Assembly (NCBI GenBank): GCA_965197725.1
Contig: CBDANQ010000032.1
Location: 1 to 64,000, forward strand
Reading direction: 5' to 3'
Origin: Longimicrobiales bacterium
Lineage (GTDB): Bacteria > Gemmatimonadota > Gemmatimonadetes > Longimicrobiales > Gaopeijiaceae
DNA length: 64,000 nt
The position numbers and the translations under genes were made by a program. Below are positions 42,857-53,138 of this stretch, piece after piece. Numbering within the stretch: the stretch's first letter is position 1; each line of letters opens with the position of its first letter. A model generated the notes under the pieces. That model saw nothing but the letters and a program-made list of their open reading frames with translations, made no database searches and had not been told where the DNA came from.

Positions 42857-44152
42857 ATGCCACCTCAGGGTTCCTGCACCGTCGTCGTCGGGTGTCAATG
42901 GGGAGATGAAGGGAAGGGCAAGATTGTGGACGTGCTCGCCGAGGACGTCGACATCGTAGCTCGCTACCAGGGCGGCGCGAACGCGGGTCACACGGTCCAC
43001 GTGGGCGAGGACGAGTTCATCCTCCACCAGATCCCGTCAGGAATCCTGCACCAAGGCAAGCGCTGCCTTCTCGGCAATGGCGTGGTGCTCGATATTCGTC
43101 AGTTCTTCGAGGAGTACGACTCGTTGCTCGACCGGGGCATCGAGCTCGATGGGCGGGTCGGGGTCAGCAGGCGCGCGCAGCTCCTGCTGCCGTACCACAG
43201 ACTACTGGACAAGGCGGTCGAGAGTGCCGCCACCACGAAGATCGGCACGACCGGCCGCGGCATAGGGCCCGCGTACGAGGACAAAGCGGGCCGGCGCGGC
43301 CTGCGCGTCGCCGACCTGGGCAACCCGGAGCGGCTCCACAAGCGCGTCGCCGCCGCGCAGAAGCGCGTCACGCGCCGTCTCGAACAGCTCGGCGCGGGCG
43401 CTCCTGACGAGCTCGACGCCGCGATGCAAGAGGCGCTGGCGCTGGGCCTGGGGGAGCGCCTGCTCTCGATCTCCGTCGACACCGGTCCGGAAATCACCGA
43501 CGCGCTGAAAGCCGGGAAGTGCGTGCTATTGGAGGGCGCGCAGGGCACCGCGCTGGATCTGGACCATGGTACGTATCCTTTCGTGACGTCGTCCAACACG
43601 ACGGCCGCGAGTGCAGCGACCGGGACAGGCATCGGGCCGACGTCGATCGACGCCGTGGTCGGTGTCGTAAAGGCGTACACGACCCGTGTGGGTGAGGGCC
43701 CGCTCCCGAGCGCGTTCTCGCCCGAGATGGACCAGCACGTTCGTATCCTGGGGGGCGAATTCGGCGCGACGACCGGGCGGCCTCGACGCTGCGGCTGGTT
43801 CGACTCCGTCCTGACACGGCATGCTGCCCGGGTAAACGGACTCACAGGTATCGCGGTGACGAAGCTCGATGTGCTCGACACCCTCTCGACGCTCGAGGTC
43901 GCGACTGCCTACCGGATGCCTGACGGCAGCATCACCCAGAACTTTCCGGCCGACACCTGGTCGCTGTCCAGTGTCGAGCCGATCTACGAGTCGCTACCCG
44001 GATGGGAGGCGCCGACGGGGGACGTGCACAGGCTCCAGGATCTGCCTGCCAACGCGCGTGCGTATCTCGACCGCATCCAGGAGCTTTCCGGTGCGCCCTT
44101 TCAGTGGGTCTCGGTGGGGACGAGGCGGAGTCAGATCATCCCGGTTGGCTGA
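42857..44152 (+). CDS. purA: Adenylosuccinate synthase
   Basis: QWGDEGKGK, GGANAGHT, EGAQG and GATTGRPRRCGW. Confidence 0.98.
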   Translation: MPPQGSCTVVVGCQWGDEGKGKIVDVLAEDVDIVARYQGGANAGHTVHVGEDEFILHQIPSGILHQGKRCLLGNGVVLDIRQFFEEYDSLLDRGIELDGRVGVSRRAQLLLPYHRLLDKAVESAATTKIGTTGRGIGPAYEDKAGRRGLRVADLGNPERLHKRVAAAQKRVTRRLEQLGAGAPDELDAAMQEALALGLGERLLSISVDTGPEITDALKAGKCVLLEGAQGTALDLDHGTYPFVTSSNTTAASAATGTGIGPTSIDAVVGVVKAYTTRVGEGPLPSAFSPEMDQHVRILGGEFGATTGRPRRCGWFDSVLTRHAARVNGLTGIAVTKLDVLDTLSTLEVATAYRMPDGSITQNFPADTWSLSSVEPIYESLPGWEAPTGDVHRLQDLPANARAYLDRIQELSGAPFQWVSVGTRRSQIIPVG

Positions 44153-44555
44153 CAAATATTGCGCCTACGATCCGCACCACCCATCCGATCGATATGATCA
44201 GCGTTGGCAGCAGGGCGAGCCCAACCGAGAAGGTGAGTCCGATCCGGTACAGCACGGGTCCAGTCGGAAGTAGCTGGTCCCCCCAGATCTTGGTGATGAG
44301 GAGCTCGGTGACGGGCCCGAACAGGTAGCAGACGTTCGCCATGACCGCGAAGACGACTATCGGTGCCCAGAGGAGTGGCACTGCTTCACCGAACGGCGGC
44401 AACGCGACGATGACGTGGGAGAGCGCGAGCGTCAGCGCGCCAGCACTACCGACGAACAGGTTATAGGCTAGCCTACGTCGCTCCCACCATTTGATGATTC
44501 CCCCGGGGGTCAGGCGAGCCGGTGTCGGAAATAGGAATTCGCCCAGCGCGGTCAT
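44136..44555 (-). CDS. Hypothetical membrane protein
   Basis: Three hydrophobic segments, WWERRRLAYN motif and GGAGG RBS. Confidence 0.65.
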   Translation of the reverse strand: MTALGEFLFPTPARLTPGGIIKWWERRRLAYNLFVGSAGALTLALSHVIVALPPFGEAVPLLWAPIVVFAVMANVCYLFGPVTELLITKIWGDQLLPTGPVLYRIGLTFSVGLALLPTLIISIGWVVRIVGAIFVSQPG

Positions 44556-44804
44556 CGACTGCCTCCAAGACCTGGATCCGTCCCGCCTTACGCTATCAAG
44601 GTGCTTGATACAGCAAAGTATGTGCCCGGGAAGGGCCTAGAGGGGGGACAGCGGAGCTATATCCGCTTCTGTGGTATGGGGGGCGACGTCCGCTTCTTCA
44701 GCAATGGCCTCTCCAACATCAAGTTAGCTTTTAGGCCCTCGCGCGGCTGCTGGAGCCGCGACCCAGTTGGCGGCGGAGATAGGAGATAGGAGGATTCCCG
44801 CTCG

Positions 44805-46139
44805 ATGTTCGACGAACTCAGTAGGAAACTCGATGGGGCTCTGAAGAAGCTCCGTCAACGAGGCGTGCTCACAGAGCCCATGATCAAGGAAGGGCTCCGA
44901 GAGGTGCGGCGCGTGCTGCTCGAGGCCGACGTCAACTTCAAGGTCACGCGGGACTTTCTCGCGCGTGTGCAGGAGCGGGCCCTCGGGGAGGAGGTGCTGA
45001 AGGCCGTCTCGCCTGGGCAGCAGATCGTCAAGGTCGTGCACGACGAGCTCGCCCACCTGCTCGGAGAGGGTCGTCCGACACTCGGTACTGCGGCTGAGGA
45101 CCCCACGGTTATCCTCCTGGTCGGGCTCCAGGGCTCCGGGAAGACCACATCCGCAGCGAAGCTGGCGCGGCGCTTGGGCCGGGAGGGCAAGGCCGCCATG
45201 CTGGCCGCGTGCGACCTCCAGAGACCTGCCGCGATCGAACAGCTCCAGACGTTGGGCAGCGAAATCGGGGCGCCTGTCGTCGCGGGCGAGTTCGGAGGCG
45301 ACCCGGTCACCGCGGCCGCCGCCGCAGTCGAGAAGGCGCAAGAGGGTGGACACTCGGTGTTGATTGTCGATACCGCCGGTCGTCTGCAGATCGATGAGAC
45401 GCTCATGGACGAGCTCGGAAGGATCCGGGACGCGGTCCAGCCCACCGAGATCCTGCTGGTCGCGGATGCGATGACGGGCCAGGAGGCGGTGAAGATCGCG
45501 CAGGGGTTCGACGACGCGCTCGGAATCACGGGCATCGTGATGACCAAGATGGATGGTGACGCGCGTGGTGGAGCGGCGCTCTCCATTCGGGGCGTGACCG
45601 GCAAGCCGATCAAGTTCGTGGGCGTGGGCGAGGGCATGGACGATCTCGACACCGCCGATCCCGAACGCCTCGCGGGCCGAATCCTCCAGATGGGCGACGT
45701 GATCGGCCTCGTCGAACGGGCCAAGGTCGCGTTCGACCAGGAGGAGCAAGAGAAGCTGCAAGAGAGGGTGCTCGGGCAGGGACGCTTCACGCTCGAGGAC
45801 TTCCTCGTCGCGATGCGTCAGGTCCAAAAGATGGGCCCGTTCGATCAACTGATGAAGCTGATCCCCGGGGCCGCCCGCATGAACATTCCGGCCGCGAATC
45901 TCGACCCCAAACGCTTCAAGCACGTCGAGGCGATCATCCTCTCGATGACCCCGGAGGAGCGCCGCAAGCCTGATGTCCTCAACGGTTCGCGTCGTGCCCG
46001 CATCGCAAAGGGGAGCGGTCGTCCCGTCGCGGAGGTCAACCGCCTCATGAAACAGTTCAAAGAGATGCAGAAGTTGATGAAACAAATGAAAGGCATGATG
46101 GGCGGTGGTGGCTTTCCGAGCGCTGTACAGCCGCGCTAG
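44805..46139 (+). CDS. ffh: Signal recognition particle protein
   Basis: GLQGSGKTT, DTAGR, TKMDGDARGG and M domain. Confidence 0.98.
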   Translation: MFDELSRKLDGALKKLRQRGVLTEPMIKEGLREVRRVLLEADVNFKVTRDFLARVQERALGEEVLKAVSPGQQIVKVVHDELAHLLGEGRPTLGTAAEDPTVILLVGLQGSGKTTSAAKLARRLGREGKAAMLAACDLQRPAAIEQLQTLGSEIGAPVVAGEFGGDPVTAAAAAVEKAQEGGHSVLIVDTAGRLQIDETLMDELGRIRDAVQPTEILLVADAMTGQEAVKIAQGFDDALGITGIVMTKMDGDARGGAALSIRGVTGKPIKFVGVGEGMDDLDTADPERLAGRILQMGDVIGLVERAKVAFDQEEQEKLQERVLGQGRFTLEDFLVAMRQVQKMGPFDQLMKLIPGAARMNIPAANLDPKRFKHVEAIILSMTPEERRKPDVLNGSRRARIAKGSGRPVAEVNRLMKQFKEMQKLMKQMKGMMGGGGFPSAVQPR

Positions 46140-46242
46140 ACTCGTATATCCTTTCCGTCTGTCCAGTCTGGCCCCAAGCGGGCCGATGGATGCGCCTGTG
46201 CGCCGCGCGCGGGGCGGATATGCCGTCATAACCCCAGAAAAG

Positions 46243-46908
46243 ATGCCTGTAAAGATTCGTCTCCGGCGTACGGGCCGGAAGAAAAAGCCCCACTATCGCG
46301 TGGTTGTGGCCGATATCGCCTCGCCCCGGGATGGCCGATTTCTCGAGACGCTCGGTTACTACAAACCTTTGTCGCACCCGGCACGCCTCGTGCTCGATCT
46401 CGAGCGCGTCGATTACTGGCTGGGGGAAGGCGCTCAGCCTTCCGCCACGATGAAATCGCTGATCGCCAAGGCCCGCCGCGGCGGTGACACGAAGGTCGCG
46501 CTAGGAGAAGTAGATCCCGAGGAGCGCAAGGCGAGTCGCGCGGAGAAACTCGCCGCGCGCCGCGCCGCGGAGCAGAAGGCCGACCAAGCAGTTGCGGCTA
46601 TCGAAAAGGCCGCTGCCGATGCCGCCGCGGCCGAAGCCGCTGCCGCCGAGGCTGCAGAGGTCTCCGAAGAGGCCGCTGCCGAGGAAGAGGCTGAGGAAGA
46701 GCCCGCGGCCGAGGCAGAGGTTGAGGAAGAGCCCGCCGCCGAGGCAGAGGCTGAGGAAGAGCCCGCCGCCGAGGCTGAAAGTGCCGAGGAGAAGACAGAA
46801 GAGGAAGCAGGTGATGAGCCGGCGGCCGAGGAGGAGAGTGAGCCTGCCGCGGAGGCGGGGGCTGACACCGACGCTGAGGAAGCTGACGATGAGGAGAAGG
46901 CCGAGTAG
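46243..46908 (+). CDS. rpsP: 30S ribosomal protein S16 with long Ala/Glu-rich tail
   Basis: MPVKIRLRR...YRVVVAD..SPRDGRFLETLGYY; operon position. Confidence 0.95.
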   Translation: MPVKIRLRRTGRKKKPHYRVVVADIASPRDGRFLETLGYYKPLSHPARLVLDLERVDYWLGEGAQPSATMKSLIAKARRGGDTKVALGEVDPEERKASRAEKLAARRAAEQKADQAVAAIEKAAADAAAAEAAAAEAAEVSEEAAAEEEAEEEPAAEAEVEEEPAAEAEAEEEPAAEAESAEEKTEEEAGDEPAAEEESEPAAEAGADTDAEEADDEEKAE

Positions 46909-46928
46909 GCCTCGGACCGCTCTGAGTC

Positions 46929-47471
46929 ATGGGTCGCGAAGACCCGCGATTTCTCGTCGTGGGGCACATCAACAAGTCCCACGGCACAAAGGGTGAACTC
47001 TTCGTGTGGCCGCTGACGGACCACCCCGAGGGCGTATACGCTCCCGGGGTGGTTCTGCGTCTCGGCGATGCGGACGCCGACGAGCCGGATCCGGACCTGC
47101 CACCGCTGCGGATCGAAGCCGTTCGTGCCCACCGCCAAGGCTACCTCGTTGTCTTTGGGGGAATTGAGGACAGGAATCAGTCGGATCTGCTGCGCGGCCG
47201 GTACCTCTTCCGGGAGACCGAGGCTCTCGAGCCCCTGGCGGAGGGCGAGGTGTTCTACCATCAACTGCTTGGCATGAGCGTAGAGACGACGGACGGCGCC
47301 CACGTCGGCGAGATCACCGACGTGTATGAGCTCAGTCCCGCGCACATGCTCGACGTGCGAGGGCCGGACCGGAAGGTTCTGGTCCCCTTCCTGAAGGACA
47401 TCATTGTCGAGGTGGACACGGAAGCGAGGCTCATCGTGATCGATCCACCGGATGGTCTTCTGGACCTCTGA
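46929..47471 (+). CDS. rimM: Ribosome maturation factor RimM
   Basis: VGHINKSHGTKGE, FYHQLLG and LVPF; operon position. Confidence 0.93.
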   Translation: MGREDPRFLVVGHINKSHGTKGELFVWPLTDHPEGVYAPGVVLRLGDADADEPDPDLPPLRIEAVRAHRQGYLVVFGGIEDRNQSDLLRGRYLFRETEALEPLAEGEVFYHQLLGMSVETTDGAHVGEITDVYELSPAHMLDVRGPDRKVLVPFLKDIIVEVDTEARLIVIDPPDGLLDL

Positions 47472-47476
47472 CTGCC

Positions 47477-48166
47477 ATGCGCATCAACATCGTTACGATC
47501 TTCCCGGACTTTTTCGCGGGGCCCCTCGGGCTCTCGATTTCGAAGCGGGCGGCGGAGGCCGGACTGGTCGAGTACCGGCTCGTGGATCTGCGGGAATACA
47601 CGCACGACAAGCACCACACGGTGGACGATGTACCGTACGGTGGAGGCGCCGGCATGGTCATGAAGCCGGAACCTTTCTTCGAGGCCATCGACGATGTAAA
47701 GCCCGAGGGACCCGTCGTTCTCCTCTCTGCGCGAGGCCGCGCGTTTCGGCACGCGGACGCTGTTCGCTTCAGCGTAGGGGAGGAGCTCACGCTCTTGTGT
47801 GGCCACTACAAGGACGTGGACCAGCGTGTGGCCGAGCACCTCGCGACCGACGAGATCTCGATGGGGGACTACGTGCTGTCGGGGGGTGAGATTGGTGCGC
47901 TTGCGATCACGGACGCCGTGGTCAGGCTGCTGCCCGGGGCACTCGGCGATCACGACGCGGCCGCGACCGATTCGTTCTACGACGAGGGACCCGTCAGCGC
48001 TCCGTCCTATACGCGACCACCCGAGTATCGCGGCCACGTGGTGCCGGACGTGCTGCGGTCGGGGGATCACGCCAAGATCGAGCAGTGGCGGAGCGAACAG
48101 GCACAGCGGATCACGAAGGAGCGAAGAGGCCGCGAAGGCGCGACTTCACCGTCCGAAAAGTCGTGA
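47477..48166 (+). CDS. trmD: tRNA (guanine-N1)-methyltransferase
   Basis: [24 protein letters not shown] and YTRP. Confidence 0.97.
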   Translation: MRINIVTIFPDFFAGPLGLSISKRAAEAGLVEYRLVDLREYTHDKHHTVDDVPYGGGAGMVMKPEPFFEAIDDVKPEGPVVLLSARGRAFRHADAVRFSVGEELTLLCGHYKDVDQRVAEHLATDEISMGDYVLSGGEIGALAITDAVVRLLPGALGDHDAAATDSFYDEGPVSAPSYTRPPEYRGHVVPDVLRSGDHAKIEQWRSEQAQRITKERRGREGATSPSEKS

Positions 48167-48218
48167 TTATCTTAAAAGTCTCTCAAGAAACCGCATCAGG
48201 CGTGCCGTGGAGTTGAAG

Positions 48219-48575
48219 ATGTCTGACGTGATCAAAGAAATCGAGAAAGAGCAACTCCGGAGCGACGAGCTTCCCGAGTTTGGTCCTGGCGATACCATCA
48301 AGGTGCTCTATCTCGTTCGGGAAGGCACAAAGGAGCGCATCCAGGCGTTCGAGGGTGTGTGCATCGCGCGCAAGCACGGTGGAGTCGACGAGACCTTCAC
48401 GGTCCGCAAGATCTCGAGCGGTATTGGCGTCGAGCGTATTTTCCCGCTCAACGCCCCCACGGTTTCCGGGGTCGAGGTGGTACGTCGTGGGCGCGTGCGC
48501 CGCGCGAAGCTGTACTACCTCCGTGGCCGGCGTGGTAAGGCCGCCCGCATCCCGGAGAATCGTACCGCTCGCTGA
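48219..48575 (+). CDS. rplS: 50S ribosomal protein L19
   Basis: [27 protein letters not shown] and RRAKLYYLR. Confidence 0.97.
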   Translation: MSDVIKEIEKEQLRSDELPEFGPGDTIKVLYLVREGTKERIQAFEGVCIARKHGGVDETFTVRKISSGIGVERIFPLNAPTVSGVEVVRRGRVRRAKLYYLRGRRGKAARIPENRTAR

Positions 48576-48589
48576 AGTCCAGCGCCGGC

Positions 48590-49228
48590 ATGAAGCCGGA
48601 CGAGAATGGGACGTCGCGGCCCCAGGACCTGCTCGAATACGAGCGACGGTTCTGGGGCCGCGGTCTTTCCGTGGCAGGAGTCGACGAAGCGGGTCGGGGG
48701 CCCCTCGCGGGACCGGTCCTGGCCGCCGCGGTGGTGCTTCCCGAGGGTGTGTGTATCGACGGGGCCGACGACTCGAAGCAACTCAGCGGGGAGACGCGCG
48801 AGCAGCTCCATGCGGTGATCCTGAGGTCGGCGCGTGCGGTCGGAGTGGGCGCAGCTTCCGTGAGGGAGATCGACCGCCGCAATATCCTTCGCGCCACGAC
48901 CGTCGCGATGCAGCGCGCGCTGGACCATCTCCACGCATCTCCCGGCCACATCGTCGTCGACGGTCTCCACGTGAAGTACCTCGGGCGCGAGCACGAGGCC
49001 GTCGTGGACGGCGACGCGCTCATCCATTCGATCGGCTGCGCGTCAATCGTCGCGAAGGTAATTCGTGATCGACTCATGCGGCGCCTGGCGTTGCGCTATC
49101 CCGGCTACGGTTGGGAGCGGAACGTCGGGTACGGCACCGCCGAGCATCGCGCTGCGATCGCCGAGTTGGGCGTGACCCCCCATCATCGCCTCACCTTTAC
49201 CGGGCTTCAGTTCTCGCTCGACCTTTGA
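48590..49228 (+). CDS. rnhB: Ribonuclease HII
   Basis: GVDEAGRGPLAGPV, DSKQL, ASIVAKVIRD and GYGT. Confidence 0.96.
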   Translation: MKPDENGTSRPQDLLEYERRFWGRGLSVAGVDEAGRGPLAGPVLAAAVVLPEGVCIDGADDSKQLSGETREQLHAVILRSARAVGVGAASVREIDRRNILRATTVAMQRALDHLHASPGHIVVDGLHVKYLGREHEAVVDGDALIHSIGCASIVAKVIRDRLMRRLALRYPGYGWERNVGYGTAEHRAAIAELGVTPHHRLTFTGLQFSLDL

Positions 49229-49682
49229 GATCATGGGTCGAGTCCCGAAATCGTGGTCGAGCGCGGAGTCTCGTCCGCCGTGCACTGGATTTACGAGTTC
49301 TCGCGCGACCTCGAGTTGAGGCGAGTGATACCGGGCGACAGCTGTTGGTCCGTGCACAGAGTGCTGACGCTCCAGGACAAGATCGACCACACGGAAGAAA
49401 ACTGCCCTAGCGCCTCGGTGCCCCGTCCGCCGCTGGACTAGAGCGTCCGGTTGGGTCGAGCTCGTTGCGAGAGAGGGTCCCGCGCCTGTTGCTTGATCAG
49501 CCGTCCATTGCCTCCCGCGACGAGCTTCTGGCCATCGCCGCCATCGCACACTCGACCTGAGGCGCCGGTCAAGTCCAGAGCCGTGCTGGATACGGCGAAG
49601 ACCATGCTCACGTTGAGCACGTCGCAGTCCGGATGGGTATCGTCGGCTAGATCCTTTTCCTGCAACCAGATAGGATATGGCA

Positions 49683-49755
49683 GACCCGGTAGCTCAGCTG
49701 GCAGAGCAACGGACTTTTAATCCGTAGGTCGTGGGTTCGAGACCCACCCGGGTCA
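49683..49755 (+). tRNA. tRNA-Lys(UUU), CCA not encoded
   Basis: Acceptor GACCCGG/CCGGGTC; anticodon arm ACGGA-CTTTTAA-TCCGT; T arm GTGGG-TTCGAGA-CCCAC. Confidence 0.95.
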
Positions 49756-49867
49756 TCAATGATACCAACACTTTTCAGGCGCTCGCGCCATTTTTTCATG
49801 CGTTGCGGTCACAGTTTGGTCACAGTTCAGCGCTTTTCCACCGCCTGCCCAAGCACAAGGGGCTTGT

Positions 49868-50221
49868 GTGGCTGACAGCCAAACACCGTTGGGCGAAAGA
49901 CTAGAGACAGCGATCGATACGTCGACCTACAACCAGTCAAGCCTAGCCCGCGAATTGGGCACGAGTAGTCAGGTCGTGAACAAATGGGTCAATCAGGGGG
50001 TCATCCCCGAAGGGCGATTCCTTGTGCGGTTACCTGCCCTGCTCGGAGTCTCGGGCGATTGGCTTCTCTCGGACAAGGGGCCAATGCACCCCTCGGACCC
50101 GGACGTGGAGGCTCAGGCTTTCCGTGACGTGGCGGAAATCGTCAGAGTCGTGACTGAGGCGTCGGACGCTTACCCGCGTCCTTCTGGCGGCTCCAAAGGC
50201 AACGGCGATGATTCCGAATGA
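49868..50221 (+). CDS. XRE/phage-repressor-like helix-turn-helix protein
   Basis: NQSSLARELGTSSQVVNKW...LGVSGDWLL. Confidence 0.8.
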   Translation: MADSQTPLGERLETAIDTSTYNQSSLARELGTSSQVVNKWVNQGVIPEGRFLVRLPALLGVSGDWLLSDKGPMHPSDPDVEAQAFRDVAEIVRVVTEASDAYPRPSGGSKGNGDDSE

Positions 50222-50354
50222 GGATCAGGGCTTCAGGTCCATACCGATGCACGACCAGCACGGGATACTCGGGGTGCTCAGGACGAACGATCACGATGTC
50301 GTCCGGCTCCGCGCCGAGCTCGGGGATAGGAGAAGTCACGATCGCGTCCCACAT
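50142..50354 (-). CDS. Small hypothetical protein convergent with and overlapping the XRE gene
   Basis: ATG at 50354 after GGAGG; protein-like MWDAIVTSPIPELGAEPDDIVIVRP. Confidence 0.35.
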   Translation of the reverse strand: MWDAIVTSPIPELGAEPDDIVIVRPEHPEYPVLVVHRYGPEALILIRNHRRCLWSRQKDAGKRPTPQSRL

Positions 50355-50516
50355 AACCACCTCCAGCGCATCGGTCCAACTGCCCCTGACACGCCTCCTG
50401 GGGGGTCGCTGGCCGGTGGGGTTCTGTGCTACTTCAAAGCTTCGCGCTGGGTGGATAGGACGCAAGAAGATTCGGGTAGTGGTGACGTGCCCCCAGGTAC
50501 CGTACCACCTAGGGCG

Positions 50517-52814
50517 ATGTCCCGATTCTTAACTGTGTCCATGCGTCGTCTTTGTTTCGCGTCGGCCTTTGGTGTGTGGTGGCTGCTTCAGGCCGTGCTC
50601 CTCGTCGCCCAGCAGTCCGAGGCGCGTGAGCTGACCGCGGGCGGGTTCCCGGTGGTTCGCGCGGTGCCGGTCGGTGAGGGGCCCCTCATCGATGGTGATG
50701 TGCTCAATGACCCGGCCTACGCCGATGCCGTGCTCGCGACCGGGTTCGTGCAGAATCGGCCGCTCGAGGGACAGCCGGCATCGGAGCGCACCGAAGTGCG
50801 CATTGTTCATACCGCCGACATGATCTATTTTGGGGTGGTCTGCTATACCGACGACCCGGGCACGATCGTCGTTGCCGGCAGCCGTCGCGATTCCGACATG
50901 ACGGAGACCGATAGTTTCCAGCTCATCCTCGACACCTACCTCGACGGGCAGAACGGATTTGTCTTCGGGACCAACCCGGCGGGGATCGAGTACGACGGCC
51001 AGGTGACGAATGAAGGGCAGGGCAGCGGCCGGTTCGGCGGTGCCGCCAGCGGACGTCCCAGCAACAGTCGGCAGCAGCGTGGTTCGGGGGGCGGCTTCAA
51101 CCTCAACTGGGATGGCGCGTGGCAGGTAGCCACGAGTGTGACCGACATCGGGTGGACTGCAGAGATCGCAATTCCATTCCGCACGCTCCGCTATCCCCAG
51201 CACGAGGTGCAGAACTGGGGCGTGAACTTCCAGCGAAATATTCGAATTCGGAACGAGCAGGCCTACTGGTCGCCACTTCCCCGTCAATACAACATCAATC
51301 GGATCGCGCTTGCCGGGGAGCTCCAGGGAGTCAAGGTTCCTGCACAGCGCAATCTGCAGTTCACGCCTTACATCCTGGGTGAATCGCTGCATCGGGCCCA
51401 AGAGCGGCGCGACGACAATACAGGCGACCTGGGTGCCGACCTGAAGTACAGCGTGACACCGAGCATGACGCTCGACCTGACCTACAACACCGACTTCGCA
51501 CAGGTGGAGGTCGACAACCAGCAGATCAACCTCGACCGGTTTACCCTGTTCTTTCCAGAAAAGCGGCCGTTCTTTCTCGAGAACGCCGGGCTGTTTTCCG
51601 TCGGGCAATCGGGGGCGGTCGACATCTTCTTCAGCCGTCGTATCGGTCTCGGTGACAGCGGTGAGCAGGTGCCGATCGTCGGCGGCGGTCGGCTGTCCGG
51701 AAAGCTCGGGAGCAACACGAACGTCGGGTTCCTGAACATGCAGACCGCGTCAGACGGCCCGAGCGGCACCCCGGGCCAGAACTTCACGGTGGCACGGGTG
51801 CGACAAGACCTCGCCAACCGCTCCAATATTGGCGCCATTCTCGTCAACCGTCAGGCGACCGGCAGCCTGGGAAGCGATGGGTACTACAACCGCACCTATG
51901 CGTTCGACGGACGCTGGGGGATCGGAGAAGGCGGCACGGTCAGCGGGTTTGCCGCGGCAACCGAAACGTCCGGGCTTTCGGTGGGCGACTCGCACGCCTA
52001 CGCCCTCAGCGCGCGGCACGAGTCCGCGTGGGCCCGTCTGAGTCTCGGGTACACCGAGGTGGCCCCGAACTTCAATCCGGAGGTGGGGTTCATCGCGCGT
52101 CAGAGCTATCGGCGGATCAACGCCAGCGTGTTCACGACGTTCCGTCCCGACGATTTCATGGGCGTCCACGAGTTCCGGCCACACGTGTTTCACAACACCG
52201 TGTTCGACTTCGAGACCGGCCGACACGAGACGCAGTTCACGCACATCGACAATCATATCGAGTGGCGGAACGGCTACGAGATCCACACCGGCATGAACCT
52301 CTCTCGGGAAGGCGTGTTCGAGCTGTTCGAGATATTCCCCGGTGTCGTTATTCCGCTGGGTACGTACGACCACAAGGAAGCCCAGCTCGCCGGCAACACC
52401 AACCTGGGTGCGCCGGTCAGCGCCAACATCAACATGATCATCGGCGGGCTGTTCGGCGGCGACCGCGTGACGATCACCCCATCGATTGCGGCCCGCGTCG
52501 GCGAAACGTTCAACGCCACCTTCGAGTGGAGCTACAACGATCTCCGGCTGCCGGGTGGCGATTTCACGACCAACCTCGCCCGCGTGCGCCTGTCGTATTC
52601 CTTCACCACCAGGATGTTCTTCCAGGCGCTCGTCCAGTACAACGACCGCGCCGATCTCTGGTCGTCGAATCTCCGGTTTGGCCTGCTGTCGGACGCCAAC
52701 ACCGGGCTCTTCGTCGTCTACAACGACATCCAGGGGCTCGGCAGCGAGATCCCGACCGGCGCCGGACGCACCCTCACGCTCAAGTACAGCTACCTCTTCA
52801 ACTTGTTGCGGTGA
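50517..52814 (+). CDS. CBM9-like + DUF5916-type outer-membrane protein
   Basis: Signal peptide, IDGDV..DP, WTAEIAIPFRTLRY, NTDFAQVEVD and FFPEKRPFFLE; aromatic-rich C-terminal strand. Confidence 0.82.
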   Translation: MSRFLTVSMRRLCFASAFGVWWLLQAVLLVAQQSEARELTAGGFPVVRAVPVGEGPLIDGDVLNDPAYADAVLATGFVQNRPLEGQPASERTEVRIVHTADMIYFGVVCYTDDPGTIVVAGSRRDSDMTETDSFQLILDTYLDGQNGFVFGTNPAGIEYDGQVTNEGQGSGRFGGAASGRPSNSRQQRGSGGGFNLNWDGAWQVATSVTDIGWTAEIAIPFRTLRYPQHEVQNWGVNFQRNIRIRNEQAYWSPLPRQYNINRIALAGELQGVKVPAQRNLQFTPYILGESLHRAQERRDDNTGDLGADLKYSVTPSMTLDLTYNTDFAQVEVDNQQINLDRFTLFFPEKRPFFLENAGLFSVGQSGAVDIFFSRRIGLGDSGEQVPIVGGGRLSGKLGSNTNVGFLNMQTASDGPSGTPGQNFTVARVRQDLANRSNIGAILVNRQATGSLGSDGYYNRTYAFDGRWGIGEGGTVSGFAAATETSGLSVGDSHAYALSARHESAWARLSLGYTEVAPNFNPEVGFIARQSYRRINASVFTTFRPDDFMGVHEFRPHVFHNTVFDFETGRHETQFTHIDNHIEWRNGYEIHTGMNLSREGVFELFEIFPGVVIPLGTYDHKEAQLAGNTNLGAPVSANINMIIGGLFGGDRVTITPSIAARVGETFNATFEWSYNDLRLPGGDFTTNLARVRLSYSFTTRMFFQALVQYNDRADLWSSNLRFGLLSDANTGLFVVYNDIQGLGSEIPTGAGRTLTLKYSYLFNLLR

Positions 52815-53138
52815 TTCGGCCAGAACGAAGCAGCTTCCTGCTCCACCTCACCGACGCAGAGCGCCAGCCCTTCCCCTTGATGGCTTCGTGACCGTCACCA
52901 TCGTGAGCGCCCTGTTCGCGCTGGGGCTGCCGCTGGTGTTGCCGTAGGGCGGTGCTCGCAGCGTTGAGGGGCAGCCATTGGCAAGAGCCCCCGATGCCGT
53001 ACTCCTGAAGGGCCTCCACGAGGTAGCCGTTCCGTACGACTGGCGCCATCAGCCGGCTGAATCAGTGGCTAGAATGAGAATCCCGGGTTACCTCTCTTCC
53101 CGGGGTCGGCAACTGTTTCTTCGCTCGAGGTAGAGGTT

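Noticed and set aside
49229..49680. Short ORFs between rnhB and the tRNA
   Set aside because: No recognisable motif or convincing start; not called
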